A stretch of 64,000 bases of DNA from a bacterium (GTDB lineage Bacteria > UBA8248): NCBI GenBank assembly GCA_965199855.1, contig OZ241326.1:736001-800000 (forward strand), read 5' to 3'. The first letter of the stretch is position 1. Every line of letters begins with the position of its first letter. Under the pieces are notes generated by a model, which made no database searches, had not been told where the DNA came from, and saw only the letters and a program-made list of their open reading frames with translations. Shown piece by piece: positions 30,391-39,570 of the stretch. The translations under genes were made by a program, and so were the position numbers.

Positions 30391-31392
30391 CTGAGAACGG
30401 TCACGTATTCCTTCAACTTCACCCTGCCCGTCACGAACTGGTGCGTGAACCACTGCGGCTACTGCAGCTTCCGCAGCAGCGCGCCCGTCCTCCTCACGCT
30501 GGAGGAGTGCGAGCGGCGCGCGCGGGAGGCCCGCGCCCGGGGGGTGATCGAGGCCCTCGTCATGACGGGCGAGGGCGTCGACCGGCACAAGGGCCTCAAG
30601 CGCAAGCTCAGGGAATGGGGGTTCGACTCCTACGCCGCCTACGTGGCCCGGGTGTGCCGGATTTGCCTGGAGGTCGGCCTGCTCCCCCACGCCAACATCG
30701 GCACCCTGGAGGCGTGGGAATACGAGATTCTCAAGCCCTGGAACGTCTCGATGGGCATGATGATGGAGACCACGAGCCCCGAAGCCGCGCGCGCAGCCCA
30801 CAGGAGAGCGCCGACGAAGGCGCCCGAAGTCCGGCTCGCCTCCCTCGAGGCGGCGGGGGCGCTCGGCGTCGCGTTCACGACGGGCATCCTCGTCGGCATC
30901 GGGGAGTCGCCCGCCGAGCGCGTCGAGACGCTCGAGGCCATCGCCGGGGTCCACGCCCGCCACGGGCACGTCCAGGAGGTCATCCTCCAGCCCCTGAACC
31001 CCCAGCCCATGACGCCCATGGCGCGCTGGCAGGCGCCGCCCGACGAGGAGATCGCCGCGCTGATCCCCCACGTCCGAAGGCTCATGCCGGGCGTCCGCGT
31101 CCAGGTTCCGCCGAACTTGGTGGACGACCTGGCGGGCCTCATCCTGGCGGGGGCGGACGACATCGGCGGCGTGGCGCCCGAGCCCGATCACATCAACCCG
31201 AACCGCGGCTGGCCCAGGCTCGGCAATCTCGACGAGGCCCTCCACGGGGAGGACATCGCCCTGCGCCTGCGGATGCCGCTCTACGACGAGTTCATCGAGG
31301 CGGGCTGGGCGCCGCCCGAAACCCGGCCCGCGCTCCGCCGGATGCTGGAGGCGCGCGAATCCCTCGAAGCCCTCCCCGCGGAGATCGCGTGA
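30391..31392 (+). CDS. cofG: FO synthase subunit 1 (radical SAM)
   Basis: VTYS...CVNHCGYC, LLPHANIG, FTTGILVGIGE, GHVQEVI, VQVPPNL; start uncertain (CTG 30391, ATG 30331 or TTG 30304). Confidence 0.88.
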   Translation: MRTVTYSFNFTLPVTNWCVNHCGYCSFRSSAPVLLTLEECERRAREARARGVIEALVMTGEGVDRHKGLKRKLREWGFDSYAAYVARVCRICLEVGLLPHANIGTLEAWEYEILKPWNVSMGMMMETTSPEAARAAHRRAPTKAPEVRLASLEAAGALGVAFTTGILVGIGESPAERVETLEAIAGVHARHGHVQEVILQPLNPQPMTPMARWQAPPDEEIAALIPHVRRLMPGVRVQVPPNLVDDLAGLILAGADDIGGVAPEPDHINPNRGWPRLGNLDEALHGEDIALRLRMPLYDEFIEAGWAPPETRPALRRMLEARESLEALPAEIA

Positions 31393-32642
31393 GCGCGGCG
31401 GCCGCCCGCGAGGTTCTCGACGCCTTCGAGGCGGGCGAGGAGATTTCGCGCGAGGGCGCGGAGGCGCTGCTCGCCGGGCGGGGCCCGGAGTTCGCCGAGC
31501 GCCTCTACGGGGCGGCGGACGCGGAGCGCGCCCGCGCCGTGGGCGAGGAGGCGAGCTACGTCGTCAACGCGAACGTCAACTTCACGAACGTCTGCTACGC
31601 GGACTGCAAATACTGCGGCTTCTGGCGGCGGCCGAACGCACCGGACGCCTACACGCACGACGACGGCGTTCTGCGCGCGAAGTTCGAGCGGGCGCGCGGC
31701 TTCGGGGCGCGCGAAATCTGCATGCAGGGGGGGCTGAACCCGAGCGTCTCCATCGACCGCTACGAGGAGGTGCTCCGGCTCGCGCGCGAGGTCATCCCGG
31801 GCGTCCACATGCACGCCTACTCGCCGGCGGAGATCGACCACATCCAGCGCAAGACGCGGCTTCCTCTGGAGGAAGTCCTCGCGCGGCTGAAGGAGGCGGG
31901 GCTGGGCTCCATCCCCGGAACGGCGGCGGAAATCCTCGTGGAGCGGGTGAAGAGGCTGATCAGCCCGGGGCGGATTCCCGTCCAGCGCTGGTGCGAGATC
32001 ATCCGCGCCGCCCACGCCGTCGGCATCTCGACGACCTCCACCGTCATGTACGGCCACATCGAGAGCGGCGCCGACCTGGCCGAGCACATGGACATCCTGC
32101 GCGACATGCAGAAAGACTCGCTGAAGGCGGGCGGGGAGGGCCGCTTCACGGAGTTCGTCCCCCTGCCCTTCATCCCCTACGACAACAAGATGGGCGAGGA
32201 GTTCGGCATCCGGGAAATGGCGGATCTCGAGACCATCTTCCGGCTTCACGCCGTCGCCCGGCTCTTCTTCCGGGGCGCCATCGCCAACATCCAGGTGGCC
32301 TGGCCCAAAATCGGCATCCGCGCCGCCCGCAAGGCGCTCTCCCTGGGGGTGAACGACCTGGGCGGAACGCTGATCGAGGAGAACATCTCCCGGGAGTCGG
32401 GCTCGGAATACGGGCAGAGCCTCACCCCCCGCCAGTTCAACGAGGCGATACGGGAGGCGGGGCGGATTCCTGTCCAGCGCACGACCACCTACGACATCAT
32501 CCGGGAGGACGACCCGAGATACCGCCCCCCCCGACCGGACGACGAGGCGCTGCTCGGCGCGGGCGCGGCGGGCGGACAGAAGGCGGGCGGCCTCATCCCC
32601 GAGAGCCGCCTGGGCGCCCCGGCCCCGCGCGGCGCCCGCTGA
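31389..32642 (+). CDS. cofH: FO synthase subunit 2 (radical SAM)
   Basis: NVNFTNVCYADCKYC, PGTAAEIL, MYGHIE, NDLGGTLIEENI. Confidence 0.9.
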   Translation: MSAAAAREVLDAFEAGEEISREGAEALLAGRGPEFAERLYGAADAERARAVGEEASYVVNANVNFTNVCYADCKYCGFWRRPNAPDAYTHDDGVLRAKFERARGFGAREICMQGGLNPSVSIDRYEEVLRLAREVIPGVHMHAYSPAEIDHIQRKTRLPLEEVLARLKEAGLGSIPGTAAEILVERVKRLISPGRIPVQRWCEIIRAAHAVGISTTSTVMYGHIESGADLAEHMDILRDMQKDSLKAGGEGRFTEFVPLPFIPYDNKMGEEFGIREMADLETIFRLHAVARLFFRGAIANIQVAWPKIGIRAARKALSLGVNDLGGTLIEENISRESGSEYGQSLTPRQFNEAIREAGRIPVQRTTTYDIIREDDPRYRPPRPDDEALLGAGAAGGQKAGGLIPESRLGAPAPRGAR

Positions 32643-32662
32643 TCCGCCGGAGAGAACCCCCC

Positions 32663-34105
32663 TTGAGCGAACTTCACCACCCCTCCTTCAAGGACATGAT
32701 GAACGACGTGGTGGACGCGGGCAGCTGCTGCGAGTGCGGCAGCTGCGTCCTCGTGTGTCCGCACAACGTCATCGAATACGTCGACGCCAAGCCGAAGCAG
32801 ACGGCCAAGGCGAAGGCCGCCTTCGACTACTGCGGCGTGAGCGAGGGGGTGGGCTGCGACGTGTGCGCGGCGGCGTGCCCGAGGCTCTGGCCGCGGGAGA
32901 TCCATCTGAGGGACGCCGCGTTCGGGGAGAAGAGGGAGCGGGCCTACGAGGGCGTCTTCGGCTCCTACCGGCACATCTTCATGGCGAGAACCCGGCGCGG
33001 GGACGTGATGCGGCGCGCCCAGGACGGCGGCGTCGTCACGGCGCTGCTCGCGTGGGCGCTCGAGCGCGGCGTCATCGACGGCGCGGTGGTCTCCGCCGTC
33101 GGAGAGGACGACCCGCCCTGCGACCCCAGCCCGAAGGTCGCCGTCTCCGCCGAGGAGATCCTGGCGAGCGCGGGCAGCTGGTACACCTACTGCGCGAACA
33201 ACCTGGCGCTGGAGGACGTGAAGAAAAGGGACCTCAGGAAGGTGGGCTTCGTGGGCGTCCCCTGCCAGATCACCCCGCTTCGCAAGATGGAGCTCATCGA
33301 CCCCTCCTTTCTACTCTCGGGCAGGAAGCGGCCCCAGCACATCGAGAAGCAGCGCGGGTTCCTCCGGGGCTTCGCCGACCGCGTGGCGCTCCAGATCGGC
33401 CTGTTCTGCACGGAGGTGTTCACCTTCGACCTGATGACGGAGAAGATCGAAAAGGAGATGGGCATCCCCCTCGCCGACGTGGCGAAGTTCAACGTGAAGG
33501 GCGAGGTGCTCGTCCACAAGAAGGACGGGGAGCTCGTCACCTTCCCGCTCCGGGAGGCGATGGAGAACTACCAGCGGCCCGAATGCGGACACTGCGCGGA
33601 CTTCTCCGCCGAGCTCGCCGACATCGCCTGCGGGGGGGTGGGCACGCGGGGCTGGACGATCGTGGTCCTGCGAACCGACCGGGGCGTCTCCGTCTGGCGC
33701 GACTTCGAGCGGGAGGGCCTCGCGGAGGTTCGCCCGATAGAGGAGAACAGGCGCGCCTGGAACATCCTGAACATTCTCGCCGGACGCCAGCGAAACCGCG
33801 CGCCGCGGCTGGCGCCGAGGAGCGGCACGGCGCCCGGCCTCCCCCAATACGACCCCTTCGGGGGGGCGGACTTCGCCGCGCGCCGCATGGCCGACGCCCC
33901 CAAGACGCCCGAAGAGCTCGAAGAGTGCCTCGCCACGGCCTACGGCGGCGAGGCGCGCCCCGAAGGCGCGCGCGGCTACATGGCGGGGACGCCGATTCCG
34001 GGCGACCCGGGCGCGCCGCCCCCCGGCGAGAAGCGCAAGCTCCCCCCGCCGCCTTCCCCGACCGAGGGCGGCGCGCCGCCGGGCTGGCGGGCCTCCGGGT
34101 CGTAA
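32663..34105 (+). CDS. Coenzyme F420 hydrogenase/dehydrogenase beta-subunit (FrhB/FdhB/FpoF-like) Fe-S flavoprotein
   Basis: CCECGSCVLVCP ferredoxin motif, QDGGVVT, VGVPCQ, IGLFC, CGHCADF, ADIACG. Confidence 0.85.
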   Translation: MSELHHPSFKDMMNDVVDAGSCCECGSCVLVCPHNVIEYVDAKPKQTAKAKAAFDYCGVSEGVGCDVCAAACPRLWPREIHLRDAAFGEKRERAYEGVFGSYRHIFMARTRRGDVMRRAQDGGVVTALLAWALERGVIDGAVVSAVGEDDPPCDPSPKVAVSAEEILASAGSWYTYCANNLALEDVKKRDLRKVGFVGVPCQITPLRKMELIDPSFLLSGRKRPQHIEKQRGFLRGFADRVALQIGLFCTEVFTFDLMTEKIEKEMGIPLADVAKFNVKGEVLVHKKDGELVTFPLREAMENYQRPECGHCADFSAELADIACGGVGTRGWTIVVLRTDRGVSVWRDFEREGLAEVRPIEENRRAWNILNILAGRQRNRAPRLAPRSGTAPGLPQYDPFGGADFAARRMADAPKTPEELEECLATAYGGEARPEGARGYMAGTPIPGDPGAPPPGEKRKLPPPPSPTEGGAPPGWRASGS

Positions 34106-34107
34106 GG

Positions 34108-34746
34108 GTGGCCGCCCCCGACCTTCGGGACGAAAAGCCCGCGCTGGCCATGCCGCTCGGCGAGGCGCTGCGGAAAAGGCGCTCCGTCCGCCGCTTCGCC
34201 GAAAAGCCCGTTCCGATGGAGATTCTCGACGCCGCGCTCGACGCCGCGCGCCTCGCCCCCAGCCCGCACGGAACGCGGCCCTGGCGCTTCTGCGTCCTCG
34301 ACTCCCGGGAGGCGAAAAAGACGCTCGCCCGCCGCATGGGCGCGGACTTTCTGCGCGACATGGAGGCGGAGGGCGTCCCCGAGGCGGAGCGCAGGCGGCG
34401 GCACGGGGGGAGCCTCCGCCTTCTGACGCGCGCGCCCGCCCTCGTTCTCGCCTCGCTCTCCTACGCCGACCTCGACGAATACGAGGAGGCGGAGAAGCAG
34501 GCCCGGGAATGGATGATGGCCGAGCACAGCCTGGGCGGCGCGCTCCAGAGCCTCATGCTCGCCCTGGCGGCGCAGGGGGTGGCCTCCGTGTGGCGCTGCG
34601 CGCCCCTGTTCTGCCCCGAAACGGCGCGGAAGGCGCTGGACCTGCCCGCCGACTGGACGCCCCGCGCCCTCATCGCGGCCGGCTATCCCGCGCGGCCGCC
34701 CGCGCCCCGCGCCGAGGCGCCCGCGCCCGGGGCGATCGTCCGGTGA
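34108..34746 (+). CDS. Nitroreductase-fold protein, FbiB C-terminal/FbiE-like dehydro-F420-0 reductase
   Basis: RRSVRRF, APSPHGTRPWRF, WRCAPLFCPE; inside the cof operon; start could be ATG 34150. Confidence 0.75.
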   Translation: MAAPDLRDEKPALAMPLGEALRKRRSVRRFAEKPVPMEILDAALDAARLAPSPHGTRPWRFCVLDSREAKKTLARRMGADFLRDMEAEGVPEAERRRRHGGSLRLLTRAPALVLASLSYADLDEYEEAEKQAREWMMAEHSLGGALQSLMLALAAQGVASVWRCAPLFCPETARKALDLPADWTPRALIAAGYPARPPAPRAEAPAPGAIVR

Positions 34747-35687
34747 GCCTCTCGGGCCCGGTCGTCGCGCTCGCGGGCGGGGTGGGCGGGGCGAAGCTCG
34801 CCGCGGGCCTCGCGCGCGTCCTGCCCGAGGGCGGCCTCTCCGTGGTCGTGAACACCGCGGACGACCTCTCGCTTCACGGCCTGCGCATCAGCCCCGACGT
34901 GGACACGGTGATGTACAACCTGGCGGGCGTGTCGAACCCCGAGACGGGCTGGGGCATCGCGGGCGACCGCGAAAGCGCCCTCGAGCTGCTCGGCCGCTAC
35001 GGGGGGCCGACCTGGTTCCGGCTGGGCGATCAGGATCTGGCGACCCACGTCCGCCGCACGCAGCGGCTCGCCGAGGGCGCGCGGCTGACGGAGGTGACGC
35101 GGGAGCTCTGCGCCTCGCTGGGGGTCGGGGCGAACGTCCTGCCCATGACGGACGCCCCCGTCGCCACCCGGGTCATGACGCCCGAGGGCGAGCTCGAGTT
35201 TCAGGACTACTTCGTGGCGCGGGGGACGAGGCCGGAGGTGCGCGGCGTGCGCTTCCAGGGCGCGGAGGAGGCGAAGGCCGCGCCCGAGGCCCTGCGCGCG
35301 ATCGACGAGGCGCGGGCGATCGTGTTCTGCCCGTCGAACCCGATTGTGAGCATCGGCCCCATCCTCGCCCTCGCGGACCTCCGCGAGCGCATCCGCCGCG
35401 CGGGCGTCCCGCGCGTGGGGGTGAGCCCCATCATCGGAGGCGCGGCGCTCAGAGGCCCCGCCGCCGGGATGATGCGGAGCCTGGGGCACGAGGCGTCCGC
35501 CCTGGGCGTCGCCCGCATCCTGAAGGACGTCCTCGACGGGTTCGTCGTGGACGAGGAGGACGCGGCGCTCGTCCCGGCCATCGAGGCCATTGATCTGCGG
35601 AGCCTCGCCCTGCCCAGCGTGATGACGGACGTCGCCTCCAAGGAGGCGCTGGCGCGCGGCGTTCTGGAGTTCGCCTTCTCCCTTTGA
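34743..35687 (+). CDS. cofD: 2-phospho-L-lactate/PEP transferase
   Basis: LAGGVGGAKL, NTADD, SPDVDT, WFRLGDQD, PSNPIVSIGPI. Confidence 0.93.
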   Translation: MSLSGPVVALAGGVGGAKLAAGLARVLPEGGLSVVVNTADDLSLHGLRISPDVDTVMYNLAGVSNPETGWGIAGDRESALELLGRYGGPTWFRLGDQDLATHVRRTQRLAEGARLTEVTRELCASLGVGANVLPMTDAPVATRVMTPEGELEFQDYFVARGTRPEVRGVRFQGAEEAKAAPEALRAIDEARAIVFCPSNPIVSIGPILALADLRERIRRAGVPRVGVSPIIGGAALRGPAAGMMRSLGHEASALGVARILKDVLDGFVVDEEDAALVPAIEAIDLRSLALPSVMTDVASKEALARGVLEFAFSL

Positions 35688-35751
35688 GCCCCGTCCCGGG
35701 AAAATTCGGGTATAATCCGCTCCGTTTCCGCTTCCAAACGCTCCGGGATGG

Positions 35752-36408
35752 ATGATGAGCCTTTCGAGCCGCTGCGTCGCCCTGATACCCGTCCGCGATT
35801 TCCGGACGGGAAAGTCGAGGCTCGCGCGGACGCTGGACGAGACGGCGCGGAACCGGCTGGGCCGCTGGATGCTCGAGCGCGTCCTGGCCGCCGTGGGCGC
35901 GGCGAGCCGGGTGGATGAAATCGCGGTGCTGAGCGATTCGGCGGAAATCCTCGACCTGGCGGGGGAGCACGGCGCCGTCGGGCTGTTCCGGGAATCGGGC
36001 GGCCTGAACGCCGACCTCGAAACCGGCCGCTCCTGGGCGCGGCGAAGGGCGGCGCGCTCCCTCTTCATCGTCCACGCGGATTTGCCGTTCCTGAAGGCCG
36101 GGGAGGTGAACGACTTTCTGGCCGGGGACGCGGCTTCCGAGGGCGCCGGCCGCCTCGTCCGCATCGCCCGCTCGAAGGACGCGGGCACGAACGCGCTGCT
36201 CGTCCGGCCCGTCGACGCGATTCCCTTCCTGTTCGGGGCGCGCAGCTTCGAGAAGCACCGCGCCGCCGCGAGGCGGAGCCGCTGCGCCGCCCAGACCCGC
36301 GAGTCGTTCGGCTTCGCCCACGACATCGACTCGCCCGGGGACATCGAGCGCCTGCTCGCCCGCGAGGGGGAGGCGCCCGCCTGGCTCGCCTCCGCCGTCC
36401 CGGGATGA
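35752..36408 (+). CDS. cofC: 2-phospho-L-lactate/PEP guanylyltransferase
   Basis: KSRL, GLNADL, HADLP, GTNALL, DIDSPGD. Confidence 0.88.
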   Translation: MMSLSSRCVALIPVRDFRTGKSRLARTLDETARNRLGRWMLERVLAAVGAASRVDEIAVLSDSAEILDLAGEHGAVGLFRESGGLNADLETGRSWARRRAARSLFIVHADLPFLKAGEVNDFLAGDAASEGAGRLVRIARSKDAGTNALLVRPVDAIPFLFGARSFEKHRAAARRSRCAAQTRESFGFAHDIDSPGDIERLLAREGEAPAWLASAVPG

Positions 36409-37166
36409 AGCGCGTCGAGCTCATCCCCGTCGCCGGCCTGCCGGAAATCCGGGAGGGCGACCCGCTCGCCTCCCTGATTCTCGGGGCGCTCGAGGCGGGC
36501 GGCGAGCGAATCCGGGAGGGCGACGCTCTCGTCCTCGCCCAGAAGATCGTCAGCAAGGCCGAGGGCCGGCTTCTCGACCTGAACGACGTCCGGCCCTCGC
36601 GGGAGGCCCGCGCCATCGCCCGGCGCGACGGGCGCGACCCCAGGCTGGTGGAGGCGGTGCTGCGCGAGTCGAACGAGGTCGTCGCCGCCTCGGAGCGCGC
36701 CCTCATCACGGAGCACCGCACGGGGGCGGTGTGCGCCCACGCCGGCATCGACCGCTCCAACGTCGGGGGGGGCGCGGATCGCGCGCTGCTCCTGCCGCGG
36801 GACCCCGACCTCTCCGCCCGCAGGCTCCGCGAGGAGGTGCGGCGCGCGGCGGGGCGGCTCATCCCCGTGCTCATCGCCGACACCCAGGGGCGCGCCTTTC
36901 GCCGCGGCGTCGTGGGCGTGGCGATAGGGTGCGCCGGCCTGGAGCCTCTCGCGGACCTGCGGGGCGTGAAGGATCGCGCGGGCCGCGCCCTCGAGATCAC
37001 CATCCTCGCCCACGCGGACGAAATCGCGGCGGCGGCGAGCCTCGTGATGGGACAGGACAGCGAGGGGACGCCCGCCGTCCTCATCCGCGGGCTTCGCTGG
37101 CACGAGGGAGACCGGCCCGCCAGCGTCCTCTACCGCGCGAAGGAGGAGGATTTGTTTCGCCCGTGA
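36405..37166 (+). CDS. cofE: F420-0:L-glutamate ligase
   Basis: LPEIREGD, QKIVSKAEG, AGIDRSN, DTQGRAFRRG, ADEIAAAA, DLFR. Confidence 0.92.
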   Translation: MKRVELIPVAGLPEIREGDPLASLILGALEAGGERIREGDALVLAQKIVSKAEGRLLDLNDVRPSREARAIARRDGRDPRLVEAVLRESNEVVAASERALITEHRTGAVCAHAGIDRSNVGGGADRALLLPRDPDLSARRLREEVRRAAGRLIPVLIADTQGRAFRRGVVGVAIGCAGLEPLADLRGVKDRAGRALEITILAHADEIAAAASLVMGQDSEGTPAVLIRGLRWHEGDRPASVLYRAKEEDLFRP

Positions 37167-37202
37167 AGCCGCCCGCGCCCTTGAGGGGAGGAGAGCGCGC
37201 CC

Positions 37203-37535
37203 ATGCCGATACGCCGCTGGAGCGAGATTGAGGAGAAGCCCCTGAACAACGTCATCCGGGGCAGAATCGTCGAGACGCCGAACGTCATGGCGTGCAGGAT
37301 CACGGCGCGCGCCGGAAGCCCCATCAAGACCCACGTCCACGACTTCGACCAGATCACCCACATGATTCGGGGAAAACTGAGGTTCCACTCGGGAGACGAG
37401 CCGCCCCGAATCGTCGGGCCGGGAGACGTCATGGCGTTTCCCGCGGGGACGCCGCACGGCGGGGAAGTTCTGGAGGAAGCGGAGTATATCGACGTCTTCT
37501 CGCCACCGAACCCGGATTTCCGGTGGGATGAATAG
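37203..37535 (+). CDS. Cupin domain protein
   Basis: HVHDFDQ...G, PAGTPHG, DVFSPP. Confidence 0.85.
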   Translation: MPIRRWSEIEEKPLNNVIRGRIVETPNVMACRITARAGSPIKTHVHDFDQITHMIRGKLRFHSGDEPPRIVGPGDVMAFPAGTPHGGEVLEEAEYIDVFSPPNPDFRWDE

Positions 37536-37613
37536 CCCCTGAAGCCCGCCGGAGTCGGCCGATGGCTTCGCGGGGCGGTTCGGGAGCCGCCCGTTTTTCA
37601 TGCCCCCCGGCGC

Positions 37614-37814
37614 TCATCGCATGAACCGCCTCAAGTCCGCGCTCCCCGTCCCCTTCCCCCCGCCCGCGCGCTCGAGCGCCAGGCCGGCCTCGAGCGCCTC
37701 CTGGTTGAAGCGGAACTCCTCCCAGGAGCATCCGGCGAGAAGGTGCGGGGGGAGGCCGTAGGCTTTGGCCTGAAAGTGGATGAGCGCGAGGAGGTCGCGC
37801 CTCGCCCTACGGAA
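37614..37814 (-). other. Startless +1-frame ORF: putative frameshift extension of the tail assembly chaperone
   Basis: Reads FRRARRDLLALIHFQAKAYGLPPHLL... to TGA at 37614; entered via TTTC just before the chaperone stop. Confidence 0.55.
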
Positions 37815-38196
37815 ACGCGCCGCCTTCGGGCGCGTCCTCCCCGGTCGGCGGGGCGGCCGCCTCGCCCTGCAGCGCCGTGACCGCGCTGAAGATGGCGTCG
37901 GCGTCCCCGGGGGCGAGCTCGTAGATGCTGAGCTCGTCGGGCAGGCAGCGCGCCGGCTCCTTTTCCGTCATCGAGCCGCGCTCGGGAATGAAGCAGCGCC
38001 GCAGGACGCAGCGAATCCACTCCCCCGTCAGCGCGTATTGCGCCTCCTCGTCCGCCGCCGCGTCCTCCGCGGCGCCGGCGATGAGCTTCGGATGCGCCGC
38101 CAGGTCGAGCAGGTTGGGCGCGCGGACGAAGCCCCTGAGCCCCGAGGGCAGGGTGACGGGCCTGCGGCCCCGGTTCCTGTATTCCGATATCTCCAC
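37807..38196 (-). CDS. Putative phage tail assembly chaperone
   Basis: Directly downstream of the tail tube gene; N-terminal VTLPSG; ends TTT CCG TAG. Confidence 0.6.
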   Translation of the reverse strand: MEISEYRNRGRRPVTLPSGLRGFVRAPNLLDLAAHPKLIAGAAEDAAADEEAQYALTGEWIRCVLRRCFIPERGSMTEKEPARCLPDELSIYELAPGDADAIFSAVTALQGEAAAPPTGEDAPEGGAFP

Positions 38197-38251
38197 GAAA
38201 AATCTCCCTTTGGCTTTCGATGAAGGAAGGCGCGCCCGGACGGCGGGCGGC

Positions 38252-39391
38252 TCAGGTGAACACGATCTTGAGTTCGTCGTCGCCCGCGTCGCGCGTCAGG
38301 CGAAACGGGGCGTCGAAGGTCAGCACGCCGTCCCGCTCCCCGAATCCCAGATCCGCGTATTGGCACTTGGGCGCGGTGATGGAGCAGACGTTCCCCGCGC
38401 TTCGGCCGACGCGGACGCTCAGGGGAAGCCGCTCGCCGCGCTCCCAGTCGCCGAAGACGTCCTCCGCGGCCCTGAGCACGGCTTCGGGGTCGAAGGAGCC
38501 GGAGGGGGCGCGGCCCGTCACCAGCGCGGCCACGTGCCCGCCGGAGGCGTTCGCGCTCTGGCGCAGCGCCACGCTGTTGTTCATCTCGAAGCGGACGTTC
38601 GCCGCGTCGAAGTGGAAGCCGCCGAGCGAGAAGCCGCTCATGAGCGCGGGGGCGGGCAGCTGGGCGTCGTAGGAGTCGCCCGAAAGAAGGGGCGCGTCGC
38701 TCACCTCGAAGTCGGCCGCCTCGAACTCCCAGTCGATGGTGGGGACGCCGTCCAGGGGGCAGTTGACGGAGAAGGTGCCCATGCAGCCCAGATACATCAC
38801 CCGCAGGCCGTCAACGTAGGCCGTCAGGCAGAGCCGCGCGTAGCTCGCCCTGTCGGAGGAGGGCGCGTAGGCGACGGAGACGCCCGCGGAGATCGTCTCC
38901 GCCATCGCGCACCCCCGGAAGAGCAGCCCGTAGTCCGGCGCGACGCCGGCGGCGCCCGAGCCCCTGAGCTCGGTGGAGAAGGAAAGCCGGGCGGAGCGCC
39001 TGCCCGGCAGCGCGGGAAGCGGCGAGAGGCTCGCGTCCTTCACGGCGCGCTCGAGCCGCTCCACGCTGACCTCGTGGGAGAAGCCGCCCGCCCGGAAGAG
39101 CTCGGAGGCGCGGGCGGGCCGATCCAGCAGATAGGCCGTGCCCGAGGCGGGCCTGGCGTCCCAGGCGGCGTCCACGGTGAGGGTGTCCGAGGCGGCGTCG
39201 AAGTCGCGCACCCGCCGCTTCTGGCCGAGGCCCGCCCCCCGAATCGTCCGCAGCACCGCGCCGTTCCAGTAGTCGTCGCGCTCATCGAGCGCGGCGTCCG
39301 CGAGGGTGGAGGCGCCCGCGGCGTCCGCCGTCAGCTCCTTCTCCTCCGTCGCGCCGATAGTTTGCCGATCCGTCAGCATCGCGTTGCTCAT
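38252..39391 (-). CDS. Phage major tail tube protein (siphovirus type)
   Basis: SFSTELRGSGAAGVAPDYGLLFRGC, GSFDPE, GDDELKIVFT C-terminus; RBS + ATG at 39391. Confidence 0.75.
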   Translation of the reverse strand: MSNAMLTDRQTIGATEEKELTADAAGASTLADAALDERDDYWNGAVLRTIRGAGLGQKRRVRDFDAASDTLTVDAAWDARPASGTAYLLDRPARASELFRAGGFSHEVSVERLERAVKDASLSPLPALPGRRSARLSFSTELRGSGAAGVAPDYGLLFRGCAMAETISAGVSVAYAPSSDRASYARLCLTAYVDGLRVMYLGCMGTFSVNCPLDGVPTIDWEFEAADFEVSDAPLLSGDSYDAQLPAPALMSGFSLGGFHFDAANVRFEMNNSVALRQSANASGGHVAALVTGRAPSGSFDPEAVLRAAEDVFGDWERGERLPLSVRVGRSAGNVCSITAPKCQYADLGFGERDGVLTFDAPFRLTRDAGDDELKIVFT

Positions 39392-39558
39392 TCCCCGCTC
39401 TCCTCCCGCTTCGGGTTTCCCTTGGGCGCGGGGGCGGCCTGCGCCCCCCGCGCCTCCTTCTCCGTCCTCCCCTCCCCGGGCGTCCCTCCGCCCGGGGCGG
39501 ACGCGGCGCGGCGCGCTTCCGCCGGCCGCGCCCGCGTCTCCTCCTTCGCCGGCTTCAA
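39388..39558 (-). CDS. Small low-complexity protein in the virion operon
   Basis: GAGGAGGGAGAGG RBS, TTG start, stop overlaps the tail tube ATG (ATGA); not in the ORF track. Confidence 0.4.
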   Translation of the reverse strand: MKPAKEETRARPAEARRAASAPGGGTPGEGRTEKEARGAQAAPAPKGNPKREESGE

Positions 39559-39570
39559 GCCTCTCCCTCC

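Noticed and set aside
26641-31245. 1534-aa minus-strand ORF and many other long overlapping ORFs
   Set aside because: Shadow frames of GC-rich genes (aroE, CoA transferase, cofG, dehydrogenase); Arg/Gly/Pro-rich with no recognisable motifs.
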